Source: Nemertoderma westbladi
Taxonomy: Eukaryota > Animalia > Xenacoelomorpha
Assembly (NCBI GenBank): GCA_032718475.1
Contig: JAUCBJ010000013.1
Location: 20,428 to 84,427 of the forward strand
Direction of reading: 5' to 3'
DNA: 64,000 bases
Within the stretch, counting starts at the first letter, position 1. Each line of letters begins with the position of its first letter. This document shows positions 25,407 through 37,756 of this stretch, piece by piece. Below the pieces are notes generated by a model that did no database searches, was not told where the DNA came from, and worked only from the letters and a program-made list of their open reading frames with translations. A program made the position numbers and the translations under genes.

Positions 25407-28030
25407 TGAGGTAAAGTCGCGAATCAAATCCATTTTTGTACTATATGAGGCGTCAGCATTATTTAATATAGATTGGAAGTAAAGGCTGTAGAAGTAGACG
25501 TGTTCCTCTGGTGTCAAGGAGTTCAGGAGAAGTGGGAGTTTGCAATTGCGTGTGCAAAGTTTTAGTTTGTAAATGTGGGTGGCCAGTGATGACAGCGATA
25601 TGGTAAGCCCACCCTCCAAGACTTTATCATGTATGTCTTGTAAAGTTCAATGGTATCTTGCCCGCTAAGGTGAATACTGAGTAGTCGGCCAAATAAGTAA
25701 GTCAGCTTTTCATTTTGACTATTAAATATATTATATATCGACCGGCATTGATGAGCACATATAGTATATGAGAGATCTGCAGATCCAAATAAGACATTTA
25801 AAACCGTATTATTAATGTAATTCCCATCATGTAGTATTGACCGCATACCCTTCCTACATGTAGTTGCTACATCATAAATTGTAGTAGTACTCAGTGACGA
25901 TGATCCGTAAGTAATGCTTGGGATTCATACAGACCTCCATATTGTTGCTGTCACATCTAGTAAGACTGAGTCTGGTTTTAGACCACGGGATGATAGCATT
26001 GAGCACTTCGTCCATATTTTTCTGATGAACAGGTCCTTGAGATTTTTATCTGTTCCGGTAGAGGTAAACCCATATATGTGCAGATTGCCTGAGAATAAAG
26101 GGTGTCTCGATTACCTTTAATGGTTCTCCAATAGAGGTGGAGCCATCTGGATTTGTTTTAATAAAGTGGCTTTTCATATTGAGTTCCGTTAATGAGTTTG
26201 TCAGTGTCATTGTTAGAGCCTCGATATCATGCTTATAGCTTGCAAGTATGATGATATCATTAGCATAGCTGACAATTGAAAAAGAGTTATGTCCTAAGTG
26301 AATACCAAGACCACTGTTAACTATTTCGTTCATCATTGCAGTGATATAAAAGTTGAACAAGATGAATCCCTTCATTATGTAAGTATCCGTCACAATTCAG
26401 GAATGCCAATTGAGTTTCTATAGTAAGATTCGATAGCATCCACTAGTTTATTATTTAACTTGGTCTGTCGAAGCTTGTCAAAAAGCTTTTGGTAGCTCAC
26501 TTTATCGAAGGCTGATGATAGATCGAGGGAGAGCAAATTCTTCTTGTTGAAATATTTTATGAGGTTGTTGACCGTTAGATATGCAGATCCATTCGGAGCT
26601 TAAGTTTTCCTTATATCCCAGCTGGAGGTCATTTGTCGACATTCTTTCATATCTCCAACAATGGTAATCTCCCACAACTTTGCAAGGGTTGCTTGAATGC
26701 TAATCATTCTTGAATTAGTTCCTGGTGCTGTCTGTAGTTTCTGATCCTTGCATGTCTTTGGAACAGCCGTCATTAGTCCTGTGCACAGAATCTTCGGACA
26801 TTCACCGCTATCTTTAATTTGGTTAAATACATCAGAAATAAATTTACATAGAGTTTGTGAGATCCCATAGTAGATATGTTCTGATTGAATGTTGTAATAA
26901 TCAGCTGTTTTCCCCTTATTTAGCGCTTTTATGTTTTCTTCGATGGTTTGTGCAGTCACTAGCTTATTAGGTTGTTTGGAGTCCTCATACGCCCCATCCA
27001 CATTGCTTGTACACATACTATCTCTTGATGGTGAAACTTGATCAGCATTGAAGTGTATTTTGAGTTCATCATGAAGTGAGTCTGCCACATTGGAAAACAT
27101 TGGTTTCTTCGGTTTGACCTTCTTTACCAATTTCCAGAACTGTTTTGGATTTTTGGTCGATTCTGCCAGCTCCTTAAGGTATGAGTTGTATGAGTGATAC
27201 ATGCTCTGTTGGTTGCTCTTGAGTAATGCAATGTGCATATAATGTTGGTGACTCTCTGTACCTGATGTCCACCCATGTCTCTTATGTATCTCTTTAGCTT
27301 CTTTCAGTTTCTTTTAACAATTTCGCAGTTCAATGTTATTTAAGATGCTACAGTTTTTCGGACCATATGATGTCTTTTTCTCTTCTGGTGCACTCTAATG
27401 CAAGGAATGTTTCTCCTGGATGACTCCAACAGGGTATCTGTAAGTTTCTTCAAAATTGTTTCTGGTTTGCTACCCGTATACTGTTCAAAAGTGGTTAACA
27501 TAGTAGCAATATCTGATTTGTAGATATTGATAGCTTCTGGAGTAGCCTTATTAAAGTAGAAGAGATCCTTTAGTCGCTTATGTCTGCGTTTGGCAGGAGT
27601 TGCAGAGGTTGACCGATTAAATGTGGCGTGGTTAGTGGATCCTCTTCAAATACCTTGATCCATAGATGGTTATCCTCAATGTTCTGAGGGGTCAGGATGT
27701 GGTCAATATCACTTTTTCTTAAAATTACTCCATCTTTTGACTTAAAATAGTATGTGTATTCATTACCACTTTCGTTTATTGTCATATCTGAGACTATTAT
27801 ATTGTATTTAGACACAATTTGTTTCTCAAAAATCATGCCAAATTCAGTTTCATTAAAATTCATTATAATAATAATAATAACGCGCCATTTGGTGGTCTCC
27901 ACTAAATGTTTGGATCTGACCTGACCAAGTTGGTGAACTACTGAAGATCCGAAGTGGGCACACTTGAGTGGGCCAATCGGAATCCGACGAGGCGGTGCCG
28001 ACATTGGTATTTGGCTTTTGTACATTTCTA
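25407..28030 (-). pseudogene. Highly degenerate LINE ORF2 (reverse-transcriptase region)
   Basis: Fragments KNPKQFWKLVKK, LNKGKTADYYNIQSEH, AVPK, LDLSSAFDKV (about 26505-26535) and SYANDIIILA, across several frames. Confidence 0.7.
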
Positions 28031-28829
28031 ACAGTATGGAGTTGCTGGATTCTTACGGTATATTTAAAATGATAGTTTATGAAGAGTTTATGAAGTGTTA
28101 AAGTGGTGGCGATGTAGCTGACAAATATATAAATAACACTCTTTTTGGCTCTCTCAAGTTGATCTGGAATTGGAACAATGTAATATTTCTTCACTCCTGC
28201 AATAATTTGGGTAGTTTGATGAGATTGCGGTGACCTGAATCGCGTGGCGGGATGTATTTTTTGTAAAACCACGAGGAAACTGTCGAAAAGGCGTGTTTAA
28301 GTGAGCGCGGGAAGCCAATTTTGGAAATCGGCTGTGATTGGCTGCTACAGATTTGAGGATAATTTTTTATCTTGGTTTCTATGAACAGCGATTTTCTATC
28401 CTTTCAAATACACATTTAATCTCAATCTTTCACACGCGGTTTATATCAATTGAAAACGGAGAGGAGAGACTTGCGCATCTTTTGACACTGTAATTAATTA
28501 AATTAATAATTCATAATGAGAAACATTGATAAAATTCTGTTCAGAATTGTAAACTCTGTAGATTGCCTGGTGCTGCTGTACTGTGCATCAGTGAGTACGA
28601 ATTGCAGAGCAACACGTTCGTAGGCCAACCTTTACCTTTTGGCTTGGAATCTCAAGGTGCCGTGTTCAATCACACTTTCCGGTGAATTTGTTTTGGTACT
28701 GAAGGGGCCGCGTTAGTAAACGCGGCCTTTGAGCTTTTTCGCGCTTGTTTAATTAGTTATTAATTATTAGAAAGCAAATAATAATCCGGTCAAGTATTGA
28801 TATGATGTTTCAAGGCCACGTATTAATCC

Positions 28830-29800
28830 ACTACACCAGGGTGGAAATTATAGTCTTTAAAGTATTATTGAATCCTGTATACCTCATGTTCTAAACATGT
28901 CCTTAGATCATCATAATGATGATGGGGTGATGATAACTCCACCTACTGGCTCCAGAAGTCAAGGAAATCCTGCCAAGTACCTAACTGATCTAGACTTTGC
29001 TGATGGCTTAGGAGAGTACTTTCAGAATAGCTCATATTAGAACAGGTTGCTTCTAGTGTTGGTCTTTTTATTAACTCCAGAAAGACCAAAATTTTAACAG
29101 TTAACTTTGAAAGTCCTCAGCAAGTCTCTGATCGGATGAGCATAAGCTCAAAGGATGGTATGCTTGACCATGTGGACGACTTCTGTTACCTGGGATCATG
29201 GATCCGGAAGTCAGGTGAGGACCTTCGAATACGTAAGGGAAAAGTCTGGGCAGCAGCCTTGAATAGGCTTTCCAGGAATTGGAAGTCACCGAGAATTAAT
29301 CGGATACTTAAGGTCCGATTATTTAGAGCAGCAGTAGCTACAGTACTCCTCTATGGGAGTCCATGCTGGGCTCTAACTGCTGAGGACACCAAATCTCTGG
29401 ATGGCACATTCACAAGAATGCTACACCGGGTTCATTGTGTTAAGTACAATGCACACATCTCCAATCAGACACTATATAACATTGGAGGTGTCTCATTGGT
29501 TCGCCCAAGCTTGACACTAGAACAAAATCGCCTCCGCTTTGCAGGACATTGCTTTCGCCGTGAGGACCAGCCAGTTCATAATCTTGTACTTTGGCAGCCT
29601 CATGGAGTGATTAAGCATGGCGGACAGCCCATGACTTTCTGGAGACGCATCTTAAAGGGCACTGGCCTTGAAGATGCGGATGATCTAGCAAATGTCATGG
29701 TTGATATGGAGTTGTGGGGGCGCAATTTTGTCGACAAGCCGGCACAGCATTCTTAAAAATGCAGCTGCAATGCAGCATGCCGATCGAGGTAGTAGTAGTA
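28830..29800 (+). pseudogene. 5'-truncated RTE-clade LINE (RT C-terminus and 3' UTR)
   Basis: LTDLDFADG, DDFCYLGSWI, KVRLFRAAVATVLLYGS, RLRFAGHCFR; (gta)n tail at about 29790. Confidence 0.85.
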
Positions 29801-30129
29801 TACCTCATTCCAAATTCTTTAATACTGCATTAAAAATATATAGCTGTAGATATTATATATCATATAATTATTTTCGCAACTTGTAATATAATTTTCTGCC
29901 GAAAATATCGAAAATTATATACAGCTGCGAGTTCGTACTCTTTTTTTTTAATCCAATCCTCATTTTATTTACAATAGTTAAAAAACTTTCAAACGAACAA
30001 TAGGACATGACATCGTTATACACACGGATAAAATAAACCCACCACCAGCTGACTCGCCAATGGATAGTTTAAATATATATATTTTACGGTTCCACCTCCG
30101 CATTAGCCATCACGATGGCTGCCTCAGCC

Positions 30130-30250
30130 CAAGTCACTTTGACTGGCCGCCTGGCTGCAGAGCGGCACCCACGTAAGCAGAGCAGCGCTGACCAAAGTAG
30201 AGTGAAGCTCAGGTTGCGCCTCACCCAGACAACGCACTCTGAGTACGGGA
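30130..30250 (-). pseudogene. CRE-type non-LTR retrotransposon C-terminus, distal piece
   Basis: PYSECVVWVRRNLSFTLLWSALLCLRGCRS continues in frame from KRSVP at 34524-34540 once the LTR element is removed. Confidence 0.75.
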
Positions 30251-31455
30251 TGTTCACGCTTTCAGACCTTTAGCAGTTTAACCTGCCAAATTTGGGTGTC
30301 TTCTAGATTATAAATCGACTTTAGCCTATGACGAGTATTTGATACACTACATTAGCTGAAGCCAGTCTATGCGCGACCATTCACCCGCTGGATATACCCG
30401 GGAGACTGGATTCGGAAGCTTTGACCTTATTGCGGTGTAGGCCTACTGTATTATTCGACTGATTGTTAATATATATTTTCTGACAAATATTATTCACTTT
30501 CGGGAAATATTAACAGTTCCTTTAGGACGTGGCGCTCTAAATATGTAAACAGAGTTATGACTTACACTAGACACAACGGGATGGCTATGGATTCACGTAT
30601 ATAGCGCATTCTTTAGGAGATGCTTTGTTATCAGTCACAATCATACACACTACTGCACAATGCTGCACACCGATCTGCCGACCTTCACTAATTTTAGTCA
30701 CATATAAAGAGAACAACAACCGACACATGTAGTGCCTATGAAATAGCATTAGATTCACTCCAAAACCAATATAATGTAAGTCGCAATTGCTATATGTAAC
30801 CTGTCTCTTACCTTCAGTATATCAATAAGATTGGGGGTTTTATGATTATTTATCGATATTATCCAAATATAATAATATTCCATCAACTGATATAATTAAT
30901 AACCGACAGTGATTAGCAGTAAAAATGCGGTGTTTGTAGTTGACAATATGATTTGCATTGATATGCAGTGTGTTGAGTTGGTATGGTTTGATTTGTGGTT
31001 TGTTTGATAACAGTTATACGTTTCTATGACCAAAGCCTACTAATGTTTGGCTAAAGCCTGAAACACAGTAATTCCAAAGCCGGTCTTCTGGCTGTGGACA
31101 AAATATACATACTGACTGAATCGCATGAGTTTCTGTATACAATCTCCAACACAGAGTCAAAAAACGCTCTGATTGGTTGACCGAACAAAGAACGAACAAA
31201 GAACAAAGAAATGTTACACGTGGACATATCAGCTGTTAGATGTTGTCATGGTAACTACACTGTATCAAGAGGATTTTGGCTTATTGCGACATAAGATCGC
31301 TAGTTATGTCCGCTAAAGTACACATACAGAAGAAATGGCTTTTTATGTCCACTAAAACACCGGTACAGTAAGGAAACGGCTTTTTATGTCCGTTAAAACA
31401 CCTACAGAGTACTTTGCGGGGAAAATAACTAGCTAGATCCGCAAAAGCCTTTACA
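30251..31455 (-). repeat. LTR (3' LTR in minus orientation)
   Basis: tgttcacgctttcagacc...gcaaaagcctttaca. Confidence 0.9.
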
Positions 31456-33330
31456 CCGCTCCCAGAAAATGGGATTTAATTCTATAAAATATAAAAAATC
31501 ACAGTTTCTAAAATATAAAAATACTCTAAACAGTTAGTTTTTCTTGCGCGGACGGCGTTTTTGGTTGCTTTACTTTGCTTGATTACCGTTATTTAAGCAG
31601 TAGTCCAACTGATATTAAGACCTAATTGTTGTATGACAGGCCTACTATTTATAAATCGGTTTGAGTTGATTTATAATATATATATACCCGTATAATGGGT
31701 TTTGTCAATATTTGAAATAAATGTTATTATTTCTGGGAAGGAGTCACTACACAGAAGCTATGCGCTCTCAGTGAAGTGCTACTTGTTGGACACTAAAACA
31801 AATAATTCTAATTTACCTAAGTTACTTAATACTACAAATTACGTACAATTCAGGGTGAGATTACAATCTCTAAATAAACACAAAAAATTTACACGTACGA
31901 ATTTTTAGGGTAATTTTACAAGAAGTCTACAAACCAGCCTAACAAAGAGTTAGAATATCTGGTTATTACAACGGACAGGGTACTACGGTATTTGAAAATA
32001 ACAAAGCAGTAGTAAATATACTGCGTTGTCCAGATAGGAAAAATACCACCGTCTGACGACTTATAGCCGTATCGCTATAAGTACTACGTTATGTATCACG
32101 GAGTGTTCCTACCTAGAAGTTAATTACCGCGGTCTACCAGAACCAACGTGCCTATTAACCACTTTACAACACAAATATACTGCCTACACACTAATTACCT
32201 TCGGAAAGCACTGTACACTAAACCCTAGATTAGGTACAAGTACTTATACAACAAATAACTAGCAGTTAGAAATACTTGTACAGCTAAAAGAACCACGGTA
32301 TCTGCTGGAGTGACCGGGGCACAAAATCACCAGTCTTTACCTACGCCAAGCAGCCCTGATGTAGTACCGGGGTTAATTTGACTATAACGGTATATATAAC
32401 AAGCACAATTACTGTAGGAATAAACTTGGGGATATGAATGTTGCGAATAATCGCATAAACTCTGAATAATAAATATTACGCTACGCGTACAGACTACTCA
32501 AACAAAATACAGACCAAACGCTGGCAGACTACTATCAAGCCCAATCAAACTACAGTATATGCAGACTCCGAAAGGGTTAGTTAGTATGCGTTCTAACCGA
32601 GTAGTACGACTTATTCTTTCAGGGGGATTTACCTCACAGCACTGGAAGCCCCTACGTTCCTAACTAGTCTTTTATCGGACATACACTCTACACACACCGC
32701 AATCTCTTCAGACCTAACAACAGCCAGACAACAATCCAGCCTACAAATTATCTGAATAAGAAATATTACGCTACCCGTACAGACTACACAAACAAAAATA
32801 CAGACCAAACGCTGGCAGACTACTATCAAGCCTAAACAAACTACAGTATATGCAGACTCCGAAATGGTTAGTTAGTATGCGTTCTAACCGAGTAGTACGA
32901 CTTATTCTTTCGAGGGGATTTACCTCACAGCACTGGAAGCCCCTACGTTCCTAACTAGTACTTTATCGGACATACACTCTACATACACCGCAATCTCTTC
33001 AGACTTAACAACAGTCAGACAACAGTCCAGCCTACAAATTATCTGTACAATCTGAGCAGGCTTACACGTCTTCTGCTTAATATTAACCTACAAGTAAATA
33101 AAACTGACAGAAATAAGTAAAATCTCAATAAATAACCAGGGCTGCAGTCCCTGATTAAATATTAAGGCCTACCGGTATATAATTCTCAAAATCGAATAAT
33201 ACTGCTGTACCTGTACTGCTGTAAGTACCGGTTCGGGTAGTTAGGCAGTCAGGCCTACTAGTTACCGGTCGACCGGTACTTTAGACTGTATTTATTGCCT
33301 ACACTGCAATCAGAACTCAATAACTGTTAT

Positions 33331-34523
33331 TGTTCGCGCTTTCAGACCTTTAGCAGTTAACCTGCCAAATTTGGGTGTCTTCTAGATTATAAATCGACTT
33401 TAGCCTATGACGAGTATTTGATACACTACATTAGCCGAAGCCAGTCTATGCGCGACCATTCACCCGCTGGATATACCCGGGAGACTGGATTCGGAAGCTT
33501 TGACCTTATTGCGGTGTAGGCCTACTGTATTATTCGACTGATTGTTAATATATATTTTCTGACAAATATTATTCACTTTCGGGAAATATTAACAGTTCCT
33601 TTAGGACGTGGCGCTCTAAATATGTAAACAGAGTTATGACTTACACTAGACACAACGGGATGGCTATGGATTCACGTATATAGCGCATTCTTTAGGAGAT
33701 GCTTTGTTATCAGTCACAATCATACACACTACTGCACAATGCTGCACACCGATCTGCCGACCTTCACTAAATTTAGTCACATATAAAGAGAACAACAACC
33801 GACACATGTAGTGCCTATGAAATAGCATTAGATTCACTCCAAAACCAATATAATGTAAGTCGCAATTGCTATATGTAACCTGTCTCTTACCTTCAGTATA
33901 TCAAGAAGATTGGGGGTTTTATGATTATTTATCGATATTATCCAAATATAATAATATTCCATCAACTGATATAATTAATAACCGACAGTGATTAGCAGTA
34001 AAAATGCGGTGTTTGTAGTTGACAATATGATTTGCATTGATATGCAGTGTGTTGAGTTGGTATGGTTTGATTTGTGGTTTGTTTGATAACAGTTATACGT
34101 TTCTATGACCAAAGCCTACTAATGTTTGGCTAAAGCCTGAAACACAGTAATTCCAAAGCCGGTCTTCTGGTTGTGGACAAAATACACATACTGACTGAAT
34201 CGCATGAGTTTCTGTTTACAATCTCCAACACAGAGTCAAAAAACGCTCTGATTGGTTGACCGAACAAAGAACAAAGAAATGTTACACGTGGACATATCAG
34301 CTGTTAGATGTCGTCATGGTAACTACACTGTATCAAGAGGATTTTGGCTTATTGCGACATAAGATCGCTAGTTATGTCCGCTAAAGTACACATACAGAAG
34401 AAATGGCTTTTTATGTCCACTAAAACACCGGTACAGTAAGGAAACGGCTTTTTATGTCCGTTAAAACACCTACAGAGTACTTTGCGGGGAAAATAACTAG
34501 CTAGATCCGCAAAAGCCTTTACA
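33331..34523 (-). repeat. LTR (5' LTR in minus orientation)
   Basis: tgttcgcgctttcagacc...gcaaaagcctttaca; a few substitutions and small indels versus the left copy. Confidence 0.9.
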
Positions 34524-34810
34524 CGGGACGCTTCGTTTGTCGCACAACTTCATCGACAGCCTCTTCACGAACTGGCTCGCCGATGGGCCCATGCTACCGT
34601 AAGCCGACAGGATGAAGGGAGTAAAGGTTGAATGTTCAACCTCCCTTAAACGTTCCTCATATTTGAGGACCTTGCGGTTCTCATTGTGGCGGTAGACAGC
34701 GTCCGAATCCATGGAGACGTAGGAGGCTGCGAGAGGGTTGAAGACCGACATATTAATGAAAGTTCTTTGAAATCGGTTTCCCCAAAACCCACAAGCAGAT
34801 ACATCTAGAC
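34524..34810 (-). pseudogene. CRE-type non-LTR retrotransposon, restriction-like endonuclease region, proximal piece
   Basis: DVSACGFWGNRFQRTFINMSVFNPLAASY...HNENRKVLKYEERLREVEHSTFTPFILSAYGSMG, typical of the CRE-clade REL domain. Confidence 0.75.
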
Positions 34811-34892
34811 GGGCCAGTTAGTCAGTTCGTACTCTTTAGTCTGTACTTCTCTATGGTATATTGTAGTGACTATTTTATTTATATTATTACAG

Positions 34893-35051
34893 TTCCGACA
34901 GTCTCCCCTTTGTGGTCTGATTGGGAGTGGGTGGGGAATTGTTCTTCTACTTGCGGTGGAGGGTTCCGTCTGCGAGTTAGAAACTGCACGCAGGGAGACT
35001 GCGAAGGTTGTCATAATGGATATCGCCCTTGTAATACTCAGCCATGTACTG
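34893..35051 (+). CDS. Sema5: Semaphorin-5-like gene, exon: TSP1 repeat 3
   Basis: tacag|TT...ACT G|gtaagt. WSDWEWVGNCSSTCGGGFRLRVRNCTQGDCEGCHNGYRPCNTQPC, with the Sema5-type C-x-G-C spacing. Confidence 0.9.
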
Positions 35052-35183
35052 GTAAGTGGTAGTTGGTAGTAAGAGGTTGGGGGTTTAGTAAATGGTAAGT
35101 GGTAGTTGGTAGTAAGAGGTAAGTGGTTTAGTAAATGGTAAGTGGCAGTAAGAGGTAAGTGGTTTAGTAAATGGTAACTGGTA
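35051..35183 (+). repeat. Short degenerate tandem repeat built from the splice-donor sequence
   Basis: ggtaagtggtagttggtagtaaga and ggtaagtggtttagtaaat units; GGTAAGT occurs five times including the real donor. Confidence 0.8.
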
Positions 35184-36116
35184 CTAATTCCCTAATGTCA
35201 CAGTGTCCGATTGGATACACTTCCTGAACTGCTTTTACTATAGTGCTGGGCTGCGCAAGCCCAATTCAACTAAAAGTTCTAGAGATTTCGCACTGTTGTG
35301 TATCTAAGCAAGATACCGTAGACATTATTGGTCACCCAAACCCAGCAGTATAAAGGCAACCTTGCTTCTGCTGGAGAGTAAAGAAATGGTTGGGTAGTTA
35401 GTGTTCAGCATTGGGAGTTAGTGTGGCGCTCTCCCTTATAGTTATACTGTAGGTAACAGCCAAGAGAGAGAAGAGCCTTCGGGTTCGGGTTGCCTCCGGT
35501 GCGGTGGTTTATGTTTTACACTTTTACCGATCACTTTACTTTAACTGGTAAGTGATACTAAATTTTTTCTTATCCAACACAGTAAAGACTTTATATTATA
35601 ATCATATTGTAAATAAACAGAATTGCTAAGTAAAGTAAATGTAAATTATGGGTCCTACGGTAATTTATTGTGGTAGTGTGTAAAAAAAAGTGAGAATCAA
35701 CATAGTTTAGTGCCACGAGAACCTTGTAGTACAGCGCCGTCGACGGCCCATATTGGTAATCGGTACTTAATTTTTTTATCTGTCATAATTTAACTTTATA
35801 ACTTTATCATTTATATTTGTTAGGCGCTTTTTCCCGTCTTCGACTAACGAAAGATAATACAATGCTTTGCCATTACGGGAAAGGTGTAGGCTACAGGGGC
35901 ACGTTATTTTAACCAAAACAATAAACTAAAGTCAATAGTTACAGTTTTATTTTTGGGAGTAATCAGCTGTTATTTGGGTTGATTTTCACCTGGAGAGGGA
36001 TGAATTTTCTTTGCGTCCAGATCCCCAGTTGGGTATTATTTGTTTACTTTCTCTTTCTAGTTGCTATGTAAACTAGAGAGTGATAAAAAAAATAGAAGAA
36101 CAAATTATTATATATA

Positions 36117-36654
36117 TGTTAGCTTATTCAATCCCGCCAACACCCCATAAAGTTATTAGCCGATAAGCAATATTGGGAGCCACGAGATTGGGCAATTAAC
36201 CAACTCGTGCCATCCCAATGAGAGTGGGAAGGAAGCACACAATAGAGGGTCAGGGGCCAAACCCCTAACCCAAGGAGAACAGGTGGAGTGAACGGGAATA
36301 CTCCACGGGGCGCCAACAAGGGTATTAACCAATCAGAGGGGGGAATGGCATCGATTGAGTAGCAGTAAGGCCACCGTGCAATATAACCAATAACCTATTA
36401 ATCAGTGATTCAGTTATCTCAGTGCAGCAGTGCTAGCGTAGGGTACAGTCAATTAGTTTAGTTAGGGGATCACGGGACTTTAGTTACCGTATCCCGCCTA
36501 CCGTATAATTCACAATATATCTATATCCTATAACCTATTATTATACACCGAACTTCAGAACTCAGTTATCTTTATTTCACTCTTATACACGGCGGGGACG
36601 CGTGGACTAAATACCACATCGGATAAATCGGGATCCCTCCTGGATCCCGTCACA
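36117..36654 (+). repeat. 5' LTR
   Basis: tgttagcttattcaatccc...ggatcccgtcaca; CCAAT box, TATA-like and TCAGTT initiator-like motifs inside. Confidence 0.95.
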
Positions 36655-36733
36655 GTAACTAAAGCCGAGCTGCCGCCCTAGTTAAACTCTAAGAACTGCA
36701 ACCTAGCTAGCCGAATCATCAGCCACAAACGAG

Positions 36734-37756
36734 ATGAGTGAGTCGGGCGAGACACCACCGCGGACCCCGGACGAAGACCTAACGATCCGCGAGGCCGCGA
36801 CCAAACGATACAGGCCCACGACGCCGGAGCCATCGATAACGGGCGAACCGGAAGCACAGGACGAGGAGGGCCTGGAACCCGAAGTCGAGCCAAGAGAGAA
36901 AGAGAGCGAGACGGAGGGAGAAGGAGATGAGTCGACACGGGACGGAGGACGGCGCGCCGATGTCGCCGGCCAGCTACCGGCCGAGGGCGACGAGCGGCCC
37001 ACCGAATCGGTGGGGCCGACGGTGCGACGCCGGACGCGAAGAGACGGAGGAGAGATTAGTACCGATGTCGCCGGCCAGCTACAGGCCGAGGGCGACGGAC
37101 GGCCCACCGGAACGGCGACGGTGGAGCCGCCGGTACGACGTCGGACCCGGAGGGACGGAGGAGAGGTCGGCGACGAGGACGTCGGGGTTTCTGACCGACT
37201 TCGACGGGCCTACAACGCGACCCGGAAGCTGATAAACGACGCCAAGAAGGAAGGGGCGAAGGTAGACGAGGTGAGACTGAGAAAGCGACTAGGTGAGTCG
37301 GATAGACACTTAAATTACCTGATACGTTTTGGGCAGAGAGAACTAGCCGGGGAGAGAGCAAAGGGAATTGCAGGCGAACTGTTTGAACTATGGGAGTGTG
37401 GGAGTATGGGACCTAGCATAGCGTCAGTGTACATAGGGCCATACTTAATCGATGCCCGGGGAGTAAAACCGGTGGGTTGGAGGGGACTCGAAGGGGGCGA
37501 ATCCGAGGTTAACACCGAGGATTCGGCCTCGTCGGTCGGAGAAAGCTCCGGGAGGCGGGGGAAAGTTAGTAGGTCGGGAAGGCGGGGGAAGTCCGTCGTA
37601 ACCGATAAGTCTGTTACATCCTCCGCGAAAGAAAGAGCGGTGAGGAAAGATAGGAGCCGCATACCGTCTCAGCATGGCAGAGCAAGGTCAGAGAGAAATG
37701 AAGGAACGGCTAGAGGAGGGAAGAGTGCGGTTAGAGAGGGAAACGGTATTGCTTAG
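36734..37756 (+). CDS. BEL/Pao element: N-terminal Gag-region ORF (probably frameshift-split from the downstream ORFs)
   Basis: 340-aa ORF starting 80 nt after the LTR. Acidic/charged, overlaps the next ORF; one base removed near 37645 would fuse them. Confidence 0.6.
   Translation: MSESGETPPRTPDEDLTIREAATKRYRPTTPEPSITGEPEAQDEEGLEPEVEPREKESETEGEGDESTRDGGRRADVAGQLPAEGDERPTESVGPTVRRRTRRDGGEISTDVAGQLQAEGDGRPTGTATVEPPVRRRTRRDGGEVGDEDVGVSDRLRRAYNATRKLINDAKKEGAKVDEVRLRKRLGESDRHLNYLIRFGQRELAGERAKGIAGELFELWECGSMGPSIASVYIGPYLIDARGVKPVGWRGLEGGESEVNTEDSASSVGESSGRRGKVSRSGRRGKSVVTDKSVTSSAKERAVRKDRSRIPSQHGRARSERNEGTARGGKSAVREGNGIA

Larger units (their letters stand above)
30251..34523 (-). mobile_element. 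Non-autonomous, non-coding LTR retrotransposon (LARD/TRIM-like)
   Basis: Direct repeats 30251-31455 and 33331-34523 with TG...CA ends and a 5-bp TSD CGGGA. Purine-rich GGGAGCGG abuts the left LTR on the minus strand. No substantial internal ORF; internal tandem duplication of about 290 bp at 32471-33045. Confidence 0.9.

Noticed and set aside
35204-36116. Possible solo LTR or outer element hosting the BEL insertion (TG start, TATAAA, AATAAA)
   Set aside because: No second copy, defined end or target duplication in the window.
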